Assembly (NCBI GenBank): GCA_007121385.1
Contig: SKLV01000116.1
Location: 1 to 62,429, forward strand
From: Bdellovibrionales bacterium
GTDB lineage: Bacteria > Bdellovibrionota > Bdellovibrionia > Bdellovibrionales > UBA1609
DNA length: 62,429 nt
Direction: 5' to 3'
The notes under the pieces were generated by a model. The model made no database searches. It was not told the origin of the DNA and worked only from the letters and a program-made list of their open reading frames with translations. The position numbers were made by a program, and so were the translations under genes. This document shows positions 37,630 to 46,992 of this stretch, piece by piece (position 1 is the stretch's first letter; every line of letters starts with the position of its first letter).

Positions 37630-38551
37630 TGTTCACATGAACTTCCCTCACCTGCCCCAGAGCCAGAGCTTGGTTGAGCTCTCTCCTCACAACTTCTCTC
37701 AGCCTCTGCGGCCCCTCAGCCCCCTGAAGCTCTGGGTAGGTCAGATCCTCCAGTCCTCTTTGCACTCGGTCCAGAAGCTCCCCCTCTCTCTGCTGCAATT
37801 CAGCCACTCCCTCCTTGGTATCTAGACTGACAAAGAATTCAAAGGCCCCCATAGGGTTCTCCGAATGACCGGACCGACGCTTGAGGTTGACAATCACCTT
37901 AGAAAACAAAACGGTGTAGCGAGCCTCTGGAAAGAACAAAAACAGGGGAACAGAATCTCGATGAGGGTCTATAAAAACCAAAGGTTGCCCCTCCGCAGAG
38001 AGATTGACTGGCCCATGAGAGCTTAGTCCCGGAAGCCAAATTCCCTGAAGGTTGAGTCGCGCTAAAAACAAAATTGAAAAAGACAGGATTACGCCCCCTA
38101 CCAAGCCCGACTTTTGTCTCATCGTGAGCGCCCCTAGGCGGGATATCTGGGCCTTGGTCCTGACTCTCAACACTGAGGCCATCACTTTAAGATAGGCTAA
38201 AAACTCTCGTGGACCTGTCTTGAAAGTCAGGCGCAAATACCTCAAGCTCTTCTGTAGGCGAAGCCAGCGCTCCCACAGCAAGCTGAGACCCCTATCGAAT
38301 TTGAGACCCCACTGATACAGCCTGGGCCATTTTTCAGCCCAGGGGCTCAATTGAGTGGGATCGACTTCACCACTCAGGGCGTCTGGCCCCACCAAAGAAC
38401 TTCCGATTTCCAGGCTTGAGAAGTCCTCACCCTCTTGGGGCTCAATTTCAGCCAAAGAGTCAAGAAAGTCGGGGTCACTCTCGCTGAGAAGGTTGTCTAT
38501 ATCCTCTGAAGTGGGTGGTTCCACCTTTTCGTTTTCCGTCATCTCCCACAT
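37610..38551 (-). CDS. FliL-like membrane protein with a long acidic N-terminal extension
   Basis: 313 aa. Acidic N-terminus, then a TM ([17 protein letters not shown]). The C-terminal segment resembles FliL ([10 protein letters not shown]...[16 protein letters not shown]...[51 protein letters not shown]). It overlaps the convergent activator gene by 20 nt. Confidence 0.55.
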   Translation of the reverse strand: MWEMTENEKVEPPTSEDIDNLLSESDPDFLDSLAEIEPQEGEDFSSLEIGSSLVGPDALSGEVDPTQLSPWAEKWPRLYQWGLKFDRGLSLLWERWLRLQKSLRYLRLTFKTGPREFLAYLKVMASVLRVRTKAQISRLGALTMRQKSGLVGGVILSFSILFLARLNLQGIWLPGLSSHGPVNLSAEGQPLVFIDPHRDSVPLFLFFPEARYTVLFSKVIVNLKRRSGHSENPMGAFEFFVSLDTKEGVAELQQREGELLDRVQRGLEDLTYPELQGAEGPQRLREVVRRELNQALALGQVREVHVNTMVMKP

Positions 38552-38646
38552 TATGGCAAAGAATAGTCATAACTTGGACTTAATTTTTCTTTTCTCAAAC
38601 CGATACAAAGCTCAGTGGATGACACAAAAGATGGAGGAGTTCAGGG

Positions 38647-39219
38647 ATGAAAAAACTCAATTTAATTCAAAACTGGCTCTTGTGGCCTCTTTTATCTTTA
38701 AGTTTTTCGGCTTGTGTTCATTTGGAGAGACACCCCGCTTCAGGTTTCGCCTCGAACTCGGAAAGAGGCCAGGCTTTGGGCCAGCTCTCCCAACTCGCCC
38801 AATTGGAACAGGCAGAAAAGCGTCTCAACAGAGAGGGGACCCTGGCTGAACGCCGCCAGTACTATCGCTATCGGGGACTGATCCAAAGCCCTGCCGAAAG
38901 ACTGAGATTCCTCAGCCTCCCCACTCTTGAGGCTCGAGAGCGCTGGGCTCTGCAGAAAAATCTGGTGGAGAGCGAAAGCCTTCACTCCGAGGAAGTTGCC
39001 AGCCTCATTGAGAATAAGGACATCCAATTGGGAATGGCCAAGTCGGCAGTTCAGCAGGCTTGGGGAGAGCCAGACGCTATTGAGTACTCTGGAGATCCGA
39101 TTTATGGAAATGAGCGCTGGAGTTACTCTCGCCTAGTCGGGTCTCGTGGAGGATATAGCCGTCAAGTGCGTTTCGTCTATTTTGAGTCCGGACGAGTGAT
39201 TGGCTGGGAAAGTCTTTAA
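38647..39219 (+). CDS. Probable lipoprotein with a weak BamE/SmpA-OmlA-like C-terminal domain
   Basis: 190 aa. Signal peptide plus Cys (LLSLSFSAC). C-terminus IQLGMAKSAVQQAWGEPDAIEY...ERWSY...VYFESGRVIGWES. Confidence 0.55.
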   Translation: MKKLNLIQNWLLWPLLSLSFSACVHLERHPASGFASNSERGQALGQLSQLAQLEQAEKRLNREGTLAERRQYYRYRGLIQSPAERLRFLSLPTLEARERWALQKNLVESESLHSEEVASLIENKDIQLGMAKSAVQQAWGEPDAIEYSGDPIYGNERWSYSRLVGSRGGYSRQVRFVYFESGRVIGWESL

Positions 39220-39230
39220 CTCAACTTTTA

Positions 39231-41756
39231 TTAATGGAGCCAAGTCTTCCCGGAGTGAATATTCACCTTCAGGGGAACCTTCAGCTCGGTGATCTGCTCC
39301 ATACAGCTGACAATCTCAGGAGTGCGAGAGGCCACTTCCCTATCCTCCACCTCAAACAAGATTTCATCATGAACCTGAAGTAACATGGGAGCAGAGACTT
39401 TTTGCTGAAGCTCGATCATCACCAATTTCATAATATCACTGGCCGTTCCCTGGATAGGAGCATTGATGGCCGCTCTCTCCCCAAAACGTCTCAGATTGCC
39501 ATTTTTAGATTTAAGCTCCTCAATATAACGACGTCGGCCAAAAAGAGTTTCCACATAGCCATGACGAGCGGCGTGATCTACGCTGTCCTCCATATACTCC
39601 TTCACCCGCGGGAAGCGACGAAAGTACCGGTCGATAATGTCCTGAGCCTCAGGTCGACTGATTCGCAGAGACTCTGAGAGTCCATAGGCCCCTTGACCAT
39701 AGGCAATTCCAAAGTTGACAGCCTTGGCCGCTCGGCGCAAGTCGGAGGTCACCTCTTCAAGAGGAAGTAAAAAAATCTCGCTGGCCGTGGCCTGATGAAT
39801 ATCTAGATCTTGGCGAAAGGCCTGACAAAGAGCCTCATCCCCAGAGATATGAGCCAAAATTCTCAACTCCACCTGACTGTAATCGGCAGAGATAAAGCTC
39901 ATACCCTGCGCTGAAACAAAAGCCTTGCGCACCAGCCTCCCTCTTTCCGTCCGAATAGGAATATTCTGAAGGTTGGGGTTATAGCTGGAAAGACGACCTG
40001 TGGAGGTGGCCGCTTGACGAAAATGAGTATGAATTCTCTTTGTTTTAGAGTTTACCAGCTCAGGCAAAGTGTCCACATAAGTGGACTTGAGCTTACTCAA
40101 CTCCCTGTACTCGATAATCTTTTCAGCAATGGGATAGTCCGCCGACAACTTTTCCAAAACATCACTGCTCGTGGAGTATCCAGTTTTTGTTTTCTTGCCC
40201 TTCGGCAACTGCATTTTTTCAAACAAAATATGAGCCAGCTGCTTAGGGCTGGCCACATTAAATTCCGTCCCAGCCAACTTTTGAATTTGTTGTTCCAGCT
40301 CAGCAATGTCCCTTTTCAATTCCTCACTCTGGCGCCGAAGCTCACCCACATCCACAGAGATTCCCCGCTCCTCCATCTGCGCTAAAACGGGCACTAAGGG
40401 CAGCTCCATCTCATTCAAGATAGATACTCCTTGAACAGCCTGAAGCTGTTTGAGAAGCTCCTGTTCCAGCTCCAAATGACAGGAGTATATCTGTTCTGGA
40501 GAGGCTAAGTCGGGCAGGGGTCGACCGAGAGTCTCTTTATAAACCTGCGCGAAGCTTTCCACGCTCCGAGCCCGAACCACATAACTGGCCAACATCTGGT
40601 CCCACTGAGCTTGAGAGGAGGATATCCCAAGCCCTCGAAAGGCCTCTTTCAAATCAAAGCCCTTCCAACGGAGACGCTTGCCGGACAAAACCTGACCCCA
40701 TTTTTCCGGATTCTCTTCCTCTAGCCGAAGTAATTTATTCTGATACCCAAAGTAAATCCCTGTGTCCAAGACCAGAACCCACACTTCACTCTCTTCAGGC
40801 AAAGATTCCAATTGAGCCAAAGACCATGTTTCTGAGGTCACCTGAGCCGATGAAGGACCAAGGCCAGAGGAAGGCAGAGCCCCAGTCTGATCTTCGCCCA
40901 AAAGATTTCGCTCAAAGCTCTTAAAAGACAACTCAGTCAATAGATCACGGAGCTGAGGTCGGTCCACCTCCTTCAACTTTAAATCCCCTAAGCCCACTGA
41001 CCAACCGATGTCTTTGGGAATCTCCACCAGTTTTTTTGACAAGTAGGCCATCTCTCTGTTCTCTTTGAGCTTGTTTTTAAGGGAGGCTGAAGAGATCTCG
41101 TCGAGATGCTCATAGACACTATCTAGACTTCCATACTTCTGCAGAAGGCTGACCGCTGTTTTAGGCCCCACTCCCTTGACGCCAGGGATATTGTCACTGC
41201 TATCTCCCACCAGAGCCAAGTAGTCGACCATCTGGCCCGGCAAAACGCCCCATTTGGCAAGAACCCCCTGTTCGTCGTAGCGAACTTCTTTCATAGTGTC
41301 ATAGAGAGTCACTAGGGGGCTCACCAGTTGGGCGAAATCTTTGTCTCCACTGACAATGACAACCTCCAAGCCCTGCTTACGACCAAAGTTCACCAAAGTA
41401 CCAATTATGTCGTCAGCTTCAAAACCAGACTTCTCAAAGCGAGCAATGCCCAGAGCATCCGTGAGTTTTTTAACATAGGGGACTTGAGGTACAAGATCTG
41501 CCGGCATCTCTTCGCGATGAGCCTTGTACTCCGGGTAGATCTCTAAGCGAAAAGAAGGCTCTTTGACGTCAAAACAAAAAGCCAAGTAGTCAGGCTGGAT
41601 GCTGCGTAAAAGCTTTACAGTCATGGACAGAAAGCCATAGAGGGCGTTGGTTGGCATCCCTTGATCATTGCTCAAGCGGGGAATGGCAAAAAAGGCCCGA
41701 AAGAACATTGAGCTGACGTCCACAACGTAGAGTTTTTTCAAGGCCATTGAATCCAC
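39231..41756 (-). CDS. polA: DNA polymerase I (5'-3' exonuclease plus a degenerate 3'-5' exonuclease-like region plus the polymerase domain)
   Basis: 841 aa. N-terminal FEN-like domain (LYVVDVSSMFFRAFFA...GDSSDNIPGVKGVGPKTA). Pol A motifs DYSQVELRILAH, RRAAKAVNFGIAYG and QVHDEILFE. Confidence 0.95.
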   Translation of the reverse strand: MDSMALKKLYVVDVSSMFFRAFFAIPRLSNDQGMPTNALYGFLSMTVKLLRSIQPDYLAFCFDVKEPSFRLEIYPEYKAHREEMPADLVPQVPYVKKLTDALGIARFEKSGFEADDIIGTLVNFGRKQGLEVVIVSGDKDFAQLVSPLVTLYDTMKEVRYDEQGVLAKWGVLPGQMVDYLALVGDSSDNIPGVKGVGPKTAVSLLQKYGSLDSVYEHLDEISSASLKNKLKENREMAYLSKKLVEIPKDIGWSVGLGDLKLKEVDRPQLRDLLTELSFKSFERNLLGEDQTGALPSSGLGPSSAQVTSETWSLAQLESLPEESEVWVLVLDTGIYFGYQNKLLRLEEENPEKWGQVLSGKRLRWKGFDLKEAFRGLGISSSQAQWDQMLASYVVRARSVESFAQVYKETLGRPLPDLASPEQIYSCHLELEQELLKQLQAVQGVSILNEMELPLVPVLAQMEERGISVDVGELRRQSEELKRDIAELEQQIQKLAGTEFNVASPKQLAHILFEKMQLPKGKKTKTGYSTSSDVLEKLSADYPIAEKIIEYRELSKLKSTYVDTLPELVNSKTKRIHTHFRQAATSTGRLSSYNPNLQNIPIRTERGRLVRKAFVSAQGMSFISADYSQVELRILAHISGDEALCQAFRQDLDIHQATASEIFLLPLEEVTSDLRRAAKAVNFGIAYGQGAYGLSESLRISRPEAQDIIDRYFRRFPRVKEYMEDSVDHAARHGYVETLFGRRRYIEELKSKNGNLRRFGERAAINAPIQGTASDIMKLVMIELQQKVSAPMLLQVHDEILFEVEDREVASRTPEIVSCMEQITELKVPLKVNIHSGKTWLH

Positions 41757-42025
41757 TCATCCACGAACTCACGAGTGACCTGATCCCACTCCCTATCCTG
41801 CAAGAGCTGATCGGCCATGGGTTGTTTCCTTAAACCCTCAATATGCCGTTCCAGAAGACCCTCTAGGCGAAGCATCTGGTGACTCACTTCGGTCCCAGGC
41901 ACTTCCAGCCCCTTTTCCCAGTTCGAGACCTGCACTGAGGAGCAACCCAGCCACCTCGCCAGCTCGGAAACTGTCCAACCCATTCTCTGCCGCAAAAGCC
42001 GAACTCGCGATTCGGAAAAAACCAT
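41738..42025 (-). CDS. Small XRE/Cro-type HTH protein
   Basis: 95 aa. HTH MGWTVSELARWLGCSSVQVSNWEKG. AAGGGG Shine-Dalgarno upstream. 19-nt overlap with the polA start. Confidence 0.6.
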   Translation of the reverse strand: MVFSESRVRLLRQRMGWTVSELARWLGCSSVQVSNWEKGLEVPGTEVSHQMLRLEGLLERHIEGLRKQPMADQLLQDREWDQVTREFVDEWIQWP

Positions 42026-42126
42026 AAATCACCCCTTCAACGCCGAGATGCTATTCGATTTCCTGATAAAGCTCAATCTCTAAGGGGAAGAGCCCAAATC
42101 TGCAGGGTCATTTTTTCATTCCACTT

Positions 42127-42438
42127 TTACTGATCCGGGGAGAAGACAAACACCAGCTCTCCTTCACTGACCAAATCAAATCGGTCTCGGGCCTGCTGCT
42201 CTATAAAATTGGGATCAAAGGACTGATCAATTTTAATTTGAAGCTTTTCTGACTCTAAGAGCAAATCTGATATCTTATTCTGGATGAGTCCCTGATCACG
42301 ATGAAGAGCCCACAGTCTCAACAGAGTTCCGTCTAAAACTAAATGGACAAAAGCGAAGGCCATGCAAAAGATCATGACCTTGAGAGGTTGGTGCAACCAA
42401 ATATTGACCGAAGAAAAGAGGGAGTTCAACCAGCGCAT
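42127..42438 (-). CDS. ftsB: Cell division protein FtsB/DivIC (septum formation initiator)
   Basis: 103 aa. One TM, a coiled coil, and conserved FIEQQARDRFDLVSEGELVF. In the canonical position after eno. Confidence 0.75.
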   Translation of the reverse strand: MRWLNSLFSSVNIWLHQPLKVMIFCMAFAFVHLVLDGTLLRLWALHRDQGLIQNKISDLLLESEKLQIKIDQSFDPNFIEQQARDRFDLVSEGELVFVFSPDQ

Positions 42439-42493
42439 TGACCCTTATTTTGTCTTCGGGTCTATTTTCTGCCAAGGCCAGTTCAGAACCAAC

Positions 42494-43765
42494 CTAGACG
42501 CTAAAAGCTCTTCTCCCCCAAAACTCGGCTTTGGCCCCAAGACTTTCCTCTATGCGCAACAATTGGTTGTATTTAGCTGTACGCTCCGAACGACACAAGC
42601 TGCCCGTCTTGATCTGCTGACAGGAATAGGCCACGGCCAAATCGGCGATCATTGTATCTTCGGTCTCGCCGCTCCGATGAGAGATCACTTTAGCATACTG
42701 ATGGGCCTGAGCCAGGTCCATTGTATCCACCGTCTCAGAAAGAGTGCCAATTTGATTGACCTTCAAAAGAATGGCATTGGCCACCTGCTGTTTTACCCCT
42801 TGCTGAAGACGCTGGACATTCGTCACAAAGAGATCATCTCCCACCAATTGCAATCGAGCTCCCAAGGCCTCTGTTAACTGGCGCCAACCAGTCCAATCAT
42901 CTTCACCCAGGCCATCTTCAATGCTGATCAATGGGTAAGATGAGGCCCAGGACCGGTAAACTGAAACCATCTCGTCTGCAGACAAAAGCTGGCCTTGCCA
43001 ACGATAGCTATTGTTCTTCTGCAACTCTGTGGCAGCCACATCGAGAGCCAGAAAAATATCTTCTCCCGCTCGATATCCAGCTTTTTCAATAGCGGTCATT
43101 AAAAGGTCCAAAGCCTCCTGATTGCTTTTAAGTGATGGGGCAAAGCCCCCTTCATCACCAACAGCCGTGGAGAGCCCCTTCTCGCTGAGGATTTTTTTGA
43201 GACTGTGAAAAACTTCGCTCCCTGCTCTGAGAGCCTCTTTAAATTGACCACCACACACTGGAACAATCATAAACTCCTGGACATCCAAGCCGTTGTCGGC
43301 ATGGGCTCCACCATTGATGATGTTCATCAAGGGAACGGGCAATCGAGTCGCATGGTCCTGGCCCAGATACTGAAAAACCTCTTGGTGCTGAGAGGCAGCT
43401 GCTGCTCTCACACAAGCTAGGGAAACGGCTAAAATCGCATTGGCCCCCAATCGGGTTTTGTTGGCCGTGCCATCCAAGTCCAGCATCTTGCGATCAATTT
43501 GCTCCCAGTCCATAACAGGTAAGCCTTTGAGCGCAGTGGAGAGAGTCTCGCGAACCTGGTGACAGGCTTGCTCAACTCCTTTCCCATGATAGCGTCGGAC
43601 ATCACCATCCCTTAACTCATGGGCCTCGTGAAGCCCCGTGGAGGCTCCTGAAGGCACCGCCGCTCGACTGCGCAGTCCCGAGTCCAAGCAGAGCTCGACC
43701 TCAATGGTCGGCCAACCCCGACTGTCCAGAATCTCCCTAGCAAGTAGACTTTGAATTTTTCCCAA
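42494..43765 (-). CDS. eno: Enolase
   Basis: 423 aa. [16 protein letters not shown] and [10 protein letters not shown] motifs. Confidence 0.97.
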   Translation of the reverse strand: MGKIQSLLAREILDSRGWPTIEVELCLDSGLRSRAAVPSGASTGLHEAHELRDGDVRRYHGKGVEQACHQVRETLSTALKGLPVMDWEQIDRKMLDLDGTANKTRLGANAILAVSLACVRAAAASQHQEVFQYLGQDHATRLPVPLMNIINGGAHADNGLDVQEFMIVPVCGGQFKEALRAGSEVFHSLKKILSEKGLSTAVGDEGGFAPSLKSNQEALDLLMTAIEKAGYRAGEDIFLALDVAATELQKNNSYRWQGQLLSADEMVSVYRSWASSYPLISIEDGLGEDDWTGWRQLTEALGARLQLVGDDLFVTNVQRLQQGVKQQVANAILLKVNQIGTLSETVDTMDLAQAHQYAKVISHRSGETEDTMIADLAVAYSCQQIKTGSLCRSERTAKYNQLLRIEESLGAKAEFWGRRAFSV

Positions 43766-43813
43766 TTTGGCCTCCCCCTGCTCAATGAACTTAAAAATGA
43801 ATGATCTAAAGAT

Positions 43814-44854
43814 TCAACTCTGTCTTGGAGACTGAGCCTGGGCAAAGAGATCTGCCGTCACTGCAGAGCGCTCTGCAGTCTCAACTTCGGACACCGGCCC
43901 CTGGCTCACCACTTCTTTCACTTTTTCAATATGACCAATCGCCTGCTTAGTGACTTGAGGAAATTGGCTGCGCACAAAGTCCCAATCCACTCTGCGCATA
44001 GCCTCCTGAACTTGACGATCCATCCGGCCTTGCCCCACCAAAAGAGTCACCAATTGTTGGGAGCGACTCAGGTAATCTGCCAAACGCATCACCTGAGACC
44101 GTAGCTGGTTGAGATTGTCGCGAAGAGGACCTTTTTGTTCAGAGGTCAGTGCGCCCTCTTGGACCTTTTTGCGCTTGAGCTCAACCAACTCCTGATCTTT
44201 CAAGAGAAGGTCCTTTTTTCTCGCCTCCAACTCCCGCTGAGCCGACTCCAGGGAGTCCACCAAAGACTGAACAAACTCGGGACGAAAGTGCAAGCCCATC
44301 TCTTCCTGGCCCAGAAAGCTCTTTTGGTTTTCAGACCATGACACCCGAATTTTATTTTGCGTCCAACGGGCCGAGGCCATCCCCTTTCCCACATAGAGAG
44401 GAAGAGCCTCTAGGGCGGCTCGCAAATATTCGGTCACAAGAGGGAACTCCTGATTGGAGATGGGTAAGTCAAAAGAAATGCCATCCTCCTCCTTTTGCAA
44501 ATTGCCAATGGGAGGAGCTGGAGACACAAAGTAAGAAATAAACCGCTGGGGCTGAGCGTAGATGTCCTGGGGCTTTTGCATCATTCTTAAAACACTATCC
44601 AAAACTCCCCAGGCCTTGAGGTCGACACATTGATGGCCCACCCAGGTGACAAGAGGGCCCTCCGGTGAGCGGGCTCCATACTCCTGCTCCACCACTTCTA
44701 AAAAGTTCTCCACATCTTGAGCTTTGAGCCAGCAGCTGGAGTCGCGCAAAAACTCGGTGGGCAGATGAGTCAACTCAAAGAGCCTCTCCTGGTCGGGGAG
44801 CTGGCGATCTAAAAAGCTGACAAAAGAATTGGTGATTTTGCCACTAAAGTACAC
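43814..44854 (-). CDS. Uncharacterised protein: unknown ~175-aa N-terminal domain plus a C-terminal coiled coil
   Basis: 346 aa. GTG start with AAGGG 5 nt upstream. No TM or signal peptide. Heptad-rich region ELEARKKDLLLKDQELVELKRKK...LNQLRSQVMRLADYL. Confidence 0.6.
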   Translation of the reverse strand: MYFSGKITNSFVSFLDRQLPDQERLFELTHLPTEFLRDSSCWLKAQDVENFLEVVEQEYGARSPEGPLVTWVGHQCVDLKAWGVLDSVLRMMQKPQDIYAQPQRFISYFVSPAPPIGNLQKEEDGISFDLPISNQEFPLVTEYLRAALEALPLYVGKGMASARWTQNKIRVSWSENQKSFLGQEEMGLHFRPEFVQSLVDSLESAQRELEARKKDLLLKDQELVELKRKKVQEGALTSEQKGPLRDNLNQLRSQVMRLADYLSRSQQLVTLLVGQGRMDRQVQEAMRRVDWDFVRSQFPQVTKQAIGHIEKVKEVVSQGPVSEVETAERSAVTADLFAQAQSPRQS

Positions 44855-44996
44855 CAGGCCCTTTTACATAGAGCCTGGTCGCAAAACAATGGAAAACTCC
44901 GGCCATGGCTCGCAAAAACCTGTACTAGAGAGGCCCAATTCCAAAGCCTGAAGCTACGCAGCAAGAACTCCTTCAAAGCCAGAGCGAAGGGCCTGA

Positions 44997-46118
44997 TTAG
45001 GCCGCAGAGTTGAATTTATCACGGGGAAATGGAATTTGGTGGTCTTCGATCTCTTCCATAAAGGAGGGAACTGTACCCGTGGCCTCAACCTGACCCTTGA
45101 GCCGACCATCGGCCCCTTTGACAAGGCGTCCCATCCGGTAAATAGGCTGGCTGTGATAGGTCCCATCAGCCTGGAAGCCCAAAACCTCCTCAATGGCCGT
45201 CAGGCGCCTGGAACCATCCCCATAACGGGAAATTTGCACCACCAAATCAATGGCCGATGCAATCTGCTGGCGCAGAGCCCTTTCACTCAATTGACCATCT
45301 CCCCCTTGAGCCAAGGCCTCCAGGCGCACCAGAGCATCTGAGGCCGAGTTGGCATGAATGGTGCCTAAGCAGCCCTTATGCCCCGTGTTCATGGCTTGGA
45401 TCAGCTCAAGGGCCTCTGCCCCTCTGACCTCCCCCACAATGATCCTATCCGGCCGCAGTCGCAAAGAGCTCTTCAGCAAATCGCGAATGCTCACTTCACC
45501 TCGTCCTTGCTCATCCGGCATTCGAGTTTCAAAGAAAACCACATGCTCATAGTCCATCTGCAACTCACTGGAGTCTTCGATCACGATCACTCTTTGCCCC
45601 GACGGGATCCGATTGGAGAGAACGCTGAGCAAGGTGGTTTTACCTGAGCCCGTCCCCCCACTGACCAAAATATTTTTTCCCAGACGCATACAAATATCCA
45701 GAAACTGAGCGGCATCGGGAGTCATCGCCCCAAGACGAATATAGTCCTTAAAAGTCATTTGCACCTTAGAGAACTTGCGAATGGCCACGGTGGTGCCATT
45801 GCGGGCACAGGGAGGAATCACCGCATGAATACGATAGCCATTGGGCAAACGAGCATCCAAGCGCGGCTCTTCATCATTGATTCTTCGTCCCACACTCTGT
45901 GCGATATTGTTGACTGCAGCTCGCAGAGAATCCTCATCGGCAAAATGAGCCGAAGCCCTCTGGATTTTTCCTGCCACCTCCACCCAAATTTCACCCGGTC
46001 CATTGATCATCACCTCTGTGACTTTTTCATCATCCAAAAAGGAGGCAATGGGAGCCAAAAAGTTCCTAATGGCGTTTTGAAAAACCGTTTCTTGTTGATC
46101 TTCAAACTCAGGGCTCAA
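44997..46118 (-). CDS. CpaF/TadA-family (T2SSE/VirB11-like) secretion ATPase, short form
   Basis: 373 aa with VTEVMINGPGEIWVE, DARLPNGYRIHAVIPPCARNGTTVAIRKF, Walker A VSGGTGSGKTTLL, Walker B RVIVIEDSSEL, and RPDRIIVGEVRGAEALELIQAMNTGHKGCLGTIHANS. TTG start with GGAGAG 7-8 nt upstream. Confidence 0.9.
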   Translation of the reverse strand: MSPEFEDQQETVFQNAIRNFLAPIASFLDDEKVTEVMINGPGEIWVEVAGKIQRASAHFADEDSLRAAVNNIAQSVGRRINDEEPRLDARLPNGYRIHAVIPPCARNGTTVAIRKFSKVQMTFKDYIRLGAMTPDAAQFLDICMRLGKNILVSGGTGSGKTTLLSVLSNRIPSGQRVIVIEDSSELQMDYEHVVFFETRMPDEQGRGEVSIRDLLKSSLRLRPDRIIVGEVRGAEALELIQAMNTGHKGCLGTIHANSASDALVRLEALAQGGDGQLSERALRQQIASAIDLVVQISRYGDGSRRLTAIEEVLGFQADGTYHSQPIYRMGRLVKGADGRLKGQVEATGTVPSFMEEIEDHQIPFPRDKFNSAA

Positions 46119-46136
46119 AGTTTATCTCTCCTCTCC

Positions 46137-46670
46137 CTATCGAGAAGCTGGAAGGCGCAAGTCTACAGGAGTCTCCCCCTCGGAAGACCGAATCACCACT
46201 CGGCCTTGAGCCGAGGTCTCAGGGCTTTGAAAAGTGACGATTCCGGATTGAGTGGGCCGAATCACAAAACTGCGAATCTGTCCATAATATGTTCCATGGT
46301 GCTGGGAAAAGGCATCCATAATAAAACTCACATTTTTGTTTTTCTCATTCACATTGACCACATGAATTTTATAACTCTGATCCACATGCAAAAAAAGAGT
46401 CCCGGGAACAAAGCCCTTTTCAGTGTTGAGAATGACAATGTCTTGAATGGGGTCGGCAGCTCCTCGCAAAGAAGCCAGAAAGCCACTCGAGCTGGAGGGA
46501 GTGCGCCCTTGAGGCTCACTGTGAACTTGGGTGGCCTGAGCCGGTGTGCGCCGAGAAAAGTCCACCTTCCAGCCTTGAGCCCAAGCTCCTCCCGCCATCA
46601 AGGTGAAGCCCAAAACCCATACCCCGCGACTAATGAAGGTCTTCACGGGCGTGAAAATCGGCAAATTCAC
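46137..46670 (-). CDS. Secreted beta-rich protein of unknown function (possibly a cupredoxin-like fold without copper ligands)
   Basis: 177 aa from the track's GTG start. A GTG at 46643 gives MKTFISRGVWVLGFTLMAGGAWA-QG, a cleaner signal peptide. The stop lies 18 nt before the ATPase start. The beta-sandwich-like pattern IVILNTEKGFVPGTLFLHVDQSYKIHVVNVNEKN...IRSFVIRPTQSGIVTF has no Cys. Confidence 0.6.
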   Translation of the reverse strand: MNLPIFTPVKTFISRGVWVLGFTLMAGGAWAQGWKVDFSRRTPAQATQVHSEPQGRTPSSSSGFLASLRGAADPIQDIVILNTEKGFVPGTLFLHVDQSYKIHVVNVNEKNKNVSFIMDAFSQHHGTYYGQIRSFVIRPTQSGIVTFQSPETSAQGRVVIRSSEGETPVDLRLPASR

Positions 46671-46908
46671 GGGCCACCTCCATGGCTAAATACCCCAAAG
46701 CCTGGGCATCAAACTTTTCCAACTCAAATATCAGTTTTTGCACATCGTGCTGAAAGGAATTGGCCACAGCCACCACCCGATCCACCTTTTCATGATGACG
46801 ATGGATCTGTGACAGAGCTTCGCTCCAGTCCATTTCTAGAACTGGATCAATGACGCCCAAGTGATAGAGAGCATCAAAAATGGTCTGTAAATTCCCTTGA
46901 AGGTACAT
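46630..46908 (-). CDS. Small helical protein of unknown function (92 aa)
   Basis: ATG with GGAGGA 7 nt upstream. No TM. Its 3' end overlaps the downstream secreted-protein gene by 14 or 41 nt, depending on which start is used. Confidence 0.5.
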   Translation of the reverse strand: MYLQGNLQTIFDALYHLGVIDPVLEMDWSEALSQIHRHHEKVDRVVAVANSFQHDVQKLIFELEKFDAQALGYLAMEVAREFADFHAREDLH

Positions 46909-46992
46909 AGTCGGTCCTCCGTCTAAGGAGTTTATCGGAGACCTTTGGCCTTCACTTTAGGAACCTGAGAAGAGACCGACCTGGACCCCGAC

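Noticed and set aside
41738-42025. The XRE-type HTH ORF as a phage repressor or antitoxin marking a mobile element or TA pair
   Set aside because: It has no toxin-like partner, integrase, or phage genes, and no compositional break nearby. It is flanked by ftsB/eno and polA in a core-genome context.
43814-44854. The N-terminal domain of the 346-aa protein as an H-NOX (haem NO/O2-binding) sensor, because it starts MYFSGKI... like H-NOX proteins
   Set aside because: I find no YxSxR motif and no appropriately placed proximal His. The resemblance is limited to the first residues. I leave it as an unknown domain.
45759-46853. A 364-aa plus-strand ORF, the longest plus-strand ORF in this part of the window
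   Set aside because: It runs antisense across three minus-strand genes, including the CpaF-like ATPase whose motifs are unambiguous. Its translation is low-complexity (Ser/Leu/His/Arg-rich) with no motif and no Shine-Dalgarno. It is a typical shadow ORF.
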